Source of the DNA: a virus
Length of the DNA stretch: 24,062 nt
Virus record (IMG/VR): IMGVR_UViG_2721755586_000001
Span: 1-24,062 of that record
Reading direction: 5' to 3' (one strand)
In this document: positions 19,221 through 24,062 of the stretch, piece after piece
Layout: each line of letters opens with the position of its first letter
Numbering within the stretch: the stretch's first letter is position 1
Program-made: the position numbers and the translations under genes
Notes under the pieces: generated by a model
Databases searched by the model: none
The model's input: only the letters and a program-made list of their open reading frames with translations
What the model was told of the DNA's origin: nothing

Positions 19221-21323
19221 CTATAGTAAGTTTGTTGTTTTGATTTTTAATGTTACTAGAGCATTGTTCTGGCTATGATTGATCAATTGAACATGAATTT
19301 TTTGTGTGCCATCTTTATCCTGGCAAGGAATATTTGCGATATCGTAAATGGAATCTGACTTCAAGCTTTGATACACGATATCTCCATTTGAAGACTTATC
19401 AAAAACAGATACAGATATTAAATTTTTGTTCTCATCTTCTGCGTATACCGTTCTAATATCATACTTATCAAACCACACATCTAATGAGAGGGTTTTTGTC
19501 TCACTCGGAAGTAATTCAACAGTCTCATTGATCTCGCTTAACGTAGGCACTCCGCCTCGTCCTCCTGACATTGCAATAAAAACAATATGGTCTTCAACAG
19601 AGATTTCTTTAATAAATTCAATAGATTTGTTTGATTTTTCAATGTAGTCCATCTGTTTTGATTGAAGAGCTCCGTTTTTGTAAACCATCATTGTGTCATT
19701 GTTGTTTTCGTATTCTGGTATATTAAACAACTTAGTAGGGATAGATCGATCATTAGGCAATGATTCATATCTGTACTTAATTCCACCGCTATTAATTGAA
19801 GTGATAGTGATTTTCTTTCCAGTTTCATCTACTGCAAGTTTCGTATATCCTCCGGCAATCAACTCATAGTTCCCTGTGATTTTCTTCATTCCGACAAACA
19901 CTGAACTACTTTCGACAGGTACATAAGTCAGTCTTTCAGTGCCTTCGTTGTATGCCAGCACTTTATTGTTGCCGATACTAGATTCATCAACTAAAACTGT
20001 ACCTACTAAAGCAGGATCATGCAGGTTTGTATGAGTGTGATTAGTGTTAGACTTGAAATTTAAAGAGTCGTTGATTTTATCACTTGACCAAGTGGACACC
20101 TTATCAACGTTATTGTCATTAATAGCAGTTGCTTGCCCATTAGCTATACTCGAAACTCTTCCTTTTTCATCGACTGTAACAGTGGGATTAAGGTATGTTC
20201 CAGCTTCAACACCGTTCTTGGCCAATTGGGGAAGAGAAGCCGTCCCTGTCAAGTCACCACTTAATGTAATTCCACCTTTAACTGTTGATGTGGCATCATT
20301 TACAGAAGAAGCGCCTCCCGCATATACCCAAACATCTCCACTGTAAATGTACTGAGTTTTACTTCCACTGTGATTCGAATCACTTTTTATGAAAATCCAA
20401 TATCCACGCTGTGGAGAAGGAAAAGCTTGCATAGCAGCTGAGTAAGTATCAAACTCACCTTTAAACTGAACTCCTGTAGTGATTCCATTAATCTGATCCT
20501 GGATATTGCCAGTTACACCTAACAAGCTATTAATCTCATCGATTGATACGACTTGTCCAGACAGAGATTTTGCGAAGTCGACTATGTCATCTCCGTCTGC
20601 ATCATAAATTGCTCTTTGCATATCTCCAGAAGCCACTTTTGAACTGCCGTACATTAGGCTTCCGTTTTGCTCAGAAAATTTATCAATCACTTGCTTGTTG
20701 CTGTGCATATGACTTTTTAACTCAAGTTGATCAATAGAATTATTAACTGATTTGATGTCTTCTGTTGTAGTTTTTAACCTGTTTTCGACATTGCCTGTTA
20801 ACCCTTGTAAGTAAGCAATATCTTTAGGTTTCACATTTCCGATGGAAGTTGTTTCGGGTAATTGGACAACACCTTCAAATACAGGACTATCAACAGAAGC
20901 TTTTTTAAAGTCGAGTTCTTCAATAGCTGTTTGTACGGTGTCTGATTCAATTGAGTCAGTAGAGGTGAACACGACAGAAGAAGCATCACCGCCTGATCCA
21001 CCGCCTTGTGGAGCATCTACAAATACAAGTCCAGTACCACCTGGGTTTATCTTTATCCACTTATTTGCAAAACCTTCGTATGAAGCAGGTGTATCAATTA
21101 GATCAAGAAAGCTCAGCTCAGAGTCACCGTTTGATGAACCACTAACAAGCTCAAATTGTCCATTCTTATAAATATAAAGAGTTGGCTTATTTGATTGGGA
21201 TTCATCATTTAAGACAGCGTAGATAGCTCCTTCTTGGCCACTTTCCAGCTTCGTTTTACTTTCAACAACCAGAATTGCTTCCTTACCCGCTAAATGTTGT
21301 ATGGTCTGTAAGATTAAATTCAA
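19221..21323 (-). CDS. Mosaic phage fibre-like protein
   Basis: Fibre-type segments FLDLIDTPASY, HMHSNK.VIDK, GDM..IYD.DGD, ATSTVKGGITLSGDL, GTY..VTVDEKGRV, TWSSDKI, HTH; TTG start after GAGGTG. Confidence 0.7.
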   Translation of the reverse strand: MNLILQTIQHLAGKEAILVVESKTKLESGQEGAIYAVLNDESQSNKPTLYIYKNGQFELVSGSSNGDSELSFLDLIDTPASYEGFANKWIKINPGGTGLVFVDAPQGGGSGGDASSVVFTSTDSIESDTVQTAIEELDFKKASVDSPVFEGVVQLPETTSIGNVKPKDIAYLQGLTGNVENRLKTTTEDIKSVNNSIDQLELKSHMHSNKQVIDKFSEQNGSLMYGSSKVASGDMQRAIYDADGDDIVDFAKSLSGQVVSIDEINSLLGVTGNIQDQINGITTGVQFKGEFDTYSAAMQAFPSPQRGYWIFIKSDSNHSGSKTQYIYSGDVWVYAGGASSVNDATSTVKGGITLSGDLTGTASLPQLAKNGVEAGTYLNPTVTVDEKGRVSSIANGQATAINDNNVDKVSTWSSDKINDSLNFKSNTNHTHTNLHDPALVGTVLVDESSIGNNKVLAYNEGTERLTYVPVESSSVFVGMKKITGNYELIAGGYTKLAVDETGKKITITSINSGGIKYRYESLPNDRSIPTKLFNIPEYENNNDTMMVYKNGALQSKQMDYIEKSNKSIEFIKEISVEDHIVFIAMSGGRGGVPTLSEINETVELLPSETKTLSLDVWFDKYDIRTVYAEDENKNLISVSVFDKSSNGDIVYQSLKSDSIYDIANIPCQDKDGTQKIHVQLINHSQNNALVTLKIKTTNLL

Positions 21324-21338
21324 ATTATCACCTCATTC

Positions 21339-21596
21339 CTATCCAAAACATCTCACCATGATCTCGAACAAATTCGTATCAACTGGGTTATTGAAGGTTA
21401 TTTGGTTTTTATCGGTTTTCACATAAGAGGAAGGAGAGCACTCAACTCCTCCAACAATAACTGAAAGTTGATCTTTAGATGGATCGTAATCTGGAACTTC
21501 AATAAACGAGACTGTCTGCTCGTTCTCGTTAGGGATATATTCAAAAGACCATTTCAGTGATATTCCGCTACTTACTCTTGGGTTGAAAAAGCTCAT
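21339..21596 (-). CDS. Small beta-rich protein resembling an internal domain of the fibre-like protein
   Basis: VPDYDPSKDQLSVIVGG...Y.KTDKNQITF vs IPEYENNNDTMMVYKNG...YIEKSNKSIEF. Confidence 0.6.
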   Translation of the reverse strand: MSFFNPRVSSGISLKWSFEYIPNENEQTVSFIEVPDYDPSKDQLSVIVGGVECSPSSYVKTDKNQITFNNPVDTNLFEIMVRCFG

Positions 21597-21877
21597 GTGT
21601 GAGCTCCAGCAAAATTGTATTGAATTCCTTTTTCCTTAACCACAAAACTGATAATAGGTGCATCAATCTGATCAGTTGAAAATCCATCTCCAGCTCTAAT
21701 GAATATCGGATCTCCATGATTTATTAAAACGGTACAGTCTTGATCATTTCGAAATTGAAATTTGTAGAATTGAATCCTTGCTCTTGATGAAGTTGAGACG
21801 AGTGGGAGAATTTCAAAGTTTTCTGTATTAGTTGATTCTAGTCGAGGAGAGCCTTTATAACCATAGCCTATCCGCAT
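21593..21877 (-). CDS. Hypothetical phage protein, first gene of fibre module
   Basis: 94 aa; SD GGAGG; 4-nt overlap with next gene. Confidence 0.7.
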   Translation of the reverse strand: MRIGYGYKGSPRLESTNTENFEILPLVSTSSRARIQFYKFQFRNDQDCTVLINHGDPIFIRAGDGFSTDQIDAPIISFVVKEKGIQYNFAGAHT

Positions 21878-21900
21878 AATTTAACCTCCATAAAAAATGA

Positions 21901-21925
21901 AAAAAAGAGAGGGGTTATCCCTCTC
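21901..21925 (-). terminator. Terminator between lysis cassette and fibre module
   Basis: GAGAGGG / CCCTCTC stem with A-run on its left side. Confidence 0.75.
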
Positions 21926-22190
21926 ACATTTGTTTAATCATATCTTTTAAAACTTGAAGAAACGCTTTAGCATCCTCTTTTTCCATCCTTAAGATATCTT
22001 CATTACCCAATCCCTCAGAAAGTGAAATCTTGAGAACAGGGAAAACCACTGCATCACTTTCTTCGCTTGAAGCAGGAACTTCTATTTCATCAAGTAATAG
22101 AGTGAGAGTTTTTTCTTCACCCTCTGCATTAATATGAGCTTCTTTGAATTGATTTGGGTATGGCGAATACTTAATATTAACAGTATTCAT
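21924..22190 (-). CDS. Acidic hypothetical protein after holin
   Basis: 88 aa; start overlaps holin stop. Confidence 0.65.
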   Translation of the reverse strand: MNTVNIKYSPYPNQFKEAHINAEGEEKTLTLLLDEIEVPASSEESDAVVFPVLKISLSEGLGNEDILRMEKEDAKAFLQVLKDMIKQM

Positions 22191-22441
22191 TATTCTCTTG
22201 GCTCATCATATTCTAAAGCTTGATCGCTGTCTGACACGCCTTTAGTAGTAGGATCAACTACAATACCCATAACAGTTAACAAAGTAAGAAAAGCATTAAA
22301 TTTTTCAGTTAAGTCATCACCAAGACCAGTCAAATCATATCCGAATGATTGAGCAATAGATTGAACAAAAATAAGAGTAGCAGAGAAGATAGCTACCCAA
22401 AATGTTTTCTTTTTTAAACGTACTTTCCAGTTGATTTTCAT
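22190..22441 (-). CDS. Phage holin, phi LC3 family
   Basis: MKINWKVRLK...FW, two TM segments, GIVVDPTTKGVSDS. Confidence 0.93.
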   Translation of the reverse strand: MKINWKVRLKKKTFWVAIFSATLIFVQSIAQSFGYDLTGLGDDLTEKFNAFLTLLTVMGIVVDPTTKGVSDSDQALEYDEPRE

Positions 22442-22450
22442 TTAACATTC

Positions 22451-22840
22451 CTACTTTCCGAATAATTTCATAATATCTACACCTGCAAGATTGGCTCCAA
22501 GTAAACCAAGCACAACGATTAATAATATTTTAAATACTTGGCCTGAGGCGCTTGAGAGAAAGTCTTGATACCATTTAGTTTGAAGATCAGCACTTCTTTG
22601 CAGTTCATTTCTTAAACCAGCTATTTCATTATTCAAGTGTTGTTGATTTGTATCAATTTTTCTATTTTGTTCATTGATGTTTGTGGCCTGATTTTCTAGC
22701 AAAGTTGTAATTCTGACAACATTTTCACTTAATGTCTGATTAGTTTTCATCATTATTTTTCTATCAGCTTCAAGTTCTCTAATATTGTTTTTGATGTGGT
22801 CAATCTCAAGTTTTAAAACATCGTAATTTCCATCAGCCAT
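22451..22840 (-). CDS. Coiled-coil protein with C-terminal TM helix, XhlA/BhlA-like holin accessory (ATG 22840 or 22849)
   Basis: Heptad region plus ILLIVVLGLLGANLAGV; lies between endolysin and holin. Confidence 0.6.
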   Translation of the reverse strand: MADGNYDVLKLEIDHIKNNIRELEADRKIMMKTNQTLSENVVRITTLLENQATNINEQNRKIDTNQQHLNNEIAGLRNELQRSADLQTKWYQDFLSSASGQVFKILLIVVLGLLGANLAGVDIMKLFGK

Positions 22841-22860
22841 AAATACCATCCTCTACAATT

Positions 22861-22887
22861 AAAAAGGAGATGACTCATCACCTCCTT
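22861..22887 (-). terminator. Terminator after endolysin gene
   Basis: Minus-strand AAGGAGGUGA-UGAG-UCAUCUCCUU-UUU. Confidence 0.7.
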
Positions 22888-22950
22888 GAAGTTGATTTTT
22901 ATAAATTCTCATGGATATTTGTAAATCCACAAAAATCTATATTAATTTAG

Positions 22951-24062
22951 TTATACTTTACTTCCGTACTGACCTGAAATATAGGCTCGTTTACCTTTAT
23001 AAATTACTTCCCAGTATCCTTTGGGGTTGTTAGAACCTTTTACAGATCCTGAAATTTCAATTGTTTTGCCTAAAGCGATGGTGTCTAAATTCTTGGCTGA
23101 ATTGCGGTCAGGCTTATCCATAATAATAGCTGCATTTGAAACGCCGATAATTTTGATCTTTCCAACAGATTTAACTGATGAGCTCTTAGCTGCTTGTTTT
23201 GGTTTTGTGGCTTTCTTAACAGGAGTAGATGTTTTAACTGCGCCTGTTACTTCAACATACTTATCAGAAGCAGTAATGTAATAAGTCGCACCCTTAGAGT
23301 TTTTCACTTTATATTGATACGATGTTTCGACCTTAACTTTTTCGACAACAGTAGGGAAACCAACGCCTTTGTTGACAGTACCGACAACATCTTTATCATC
23401 CCATGAAGCTTTGGCATAAAATCGAAGACCGTCTACTTTAGATTTTAGAGAACCGCTCGCTTTAGAAGAACTAGGCTTGGAGGGAGTTGGGGAAGTGGGA
23501 GCTTTAGACTTAGTTAACAACTCTTTGATCTTAGCAAGAGTCGCTTTACCAGCGATTCCATCTACTGCAAGCTTGTTTGCTTTTTGGAATGCCTTCACAG
23601 CAGCAACAGTTTCATCACCAAAGTGGGAGTCCGCACCGTATTTAGGCAATTTATAGCCAAGCTTAATTAGATTAGACTGAATTTCTTTAACTTTTACGCC
23701 CTTATCGCCAAGACCGTAAGCTTCTACTAACTCAAGATCATTTTTGTCTGATGGCTTCGGTGTTGGGATAGTTACAGTTTTACCTGTTAAAGCTTTATTA
23801 ACATCACTGACAAATTGAACCCATGCACTTGGGTTGTTAGTGTAATAACGATGGCAGTCTTTCCATCCCACGACTTGATGGTGTGTCCAGAGGTTTTCAG
23901 ATTTGAGTCCGTAAGTTTTGAGAAGGGAAGCAGCTAATTCTACAGTTGTTTTATAAGTTGTAGCATCAGGCTTACCAGTCCAATCAGGATGAGTCATTTC
24001 AATGCCAATTGTGCAATTATTTGGGTATGAACTCAGATTTCTAAGCGCACTTGCTGTGTAAA
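22951..24062 (-). CDS. blyA: Endolysin, BlyA-like amidase (Amidase_2 + PG-binding + SH3-like domains); 5' end beyond window
   Basis: Frame open to window edge (YPNNCTIGIEM..THHQV..KDCH); DSHFGDET..AVKAFQ..DGIAG; C-terminal SLKSKVDGLRFY...YISGQYG like SPbeta BlyA. Confidence 0.82.
   Translation of the reverse strand, partial: YTASALRNLSSYPNNCTIGIEMTHPDWTGKPDATTYKTTVELAASLLKTYGLKSENLWTHHQVVGWKDCHRYYTNNPSAWVQFVSDVNKALTGKTVTIPTPKPSDKNDLELVEAYGLGDKGVKVKEIQSNLIKLGYKLPKYGADSHFGDETVAAVKAFQKANKLAVDGIAGKATLAKIKELLTKSKAPTSPTPSKPSSSKASGSLKSKVDGLRFYAKASWDDKDVVGTVNKGVGFPTVVEKVKVETSYQYKVKNSKGATYYITASDKYVEVTGAVKTSTPVKKATKPKQAAKSSSVKSVGKIKIIGVSNAAIIMDKPDRNSAKNLDTIALGKTIEISGSVKGSNNPKGYWEVIYKGKRAYISGQYGSKV

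Larger units (their letters stand above)
6736..24062. mobile_element. SPbeta-like prophage end inserted in spoVK (continues beyond window)
   Basis: Abrupt loss of spoVK homology; more AT-rich sequence; order LXG toxin-immunity, yolD-uvrX, accessory slot, holin, blyA-like amidase mirrors the SPbeta yok-yol-bhl-bly end. Confidence 0.88.

Overview
Bacillus chromosome (B. subtilis clade; B. pumilus group is my guess). Positions 1-~6735 are ordinary core genome: ymzC, ymzA, nrdI-nrdE-nrdF with tandem NrdR boxes, ymaB, cwlC, and the 5' part of the sporulation AAA+ ATPase gene spoVK. spoVK breaks off after ...KEAIDTLVK (~6735). The rest of the window is the more AT-rich end of an SPbeta-like prophage inserted in spoVK. 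In order it carries: a start-less double-HTH reading frame that is open back to the junction; a coiled-coil/DUF2325-like gene pair; a Rap-Phr cassette with a ComA-type box; an LXG nuclease toxin with YezG-type immunity, followed by a relic of a second toxin tip; a stand-alone RecB-like PD-(D/E)XK nuclease; LexA-boxed yolD-uvrX; two tandem promoter-to-terminator small-RNA units carrying anti-start-codon/anti-SD sequences; a 7-gene fibre-like module with three paralogous ~283-aa proteins; and a lysis cassette (holin, holin-accessory protein, BlyA-like amidase running off the window). The best candidates for undescribed biology are a possible two-way gene-splitting switch at the att site, the sRNA pair, the triple-paralogue fibre module and the ComA-wired phage Rap-Phr. 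All family assignments come from motif recognition and recall; no database search was run.
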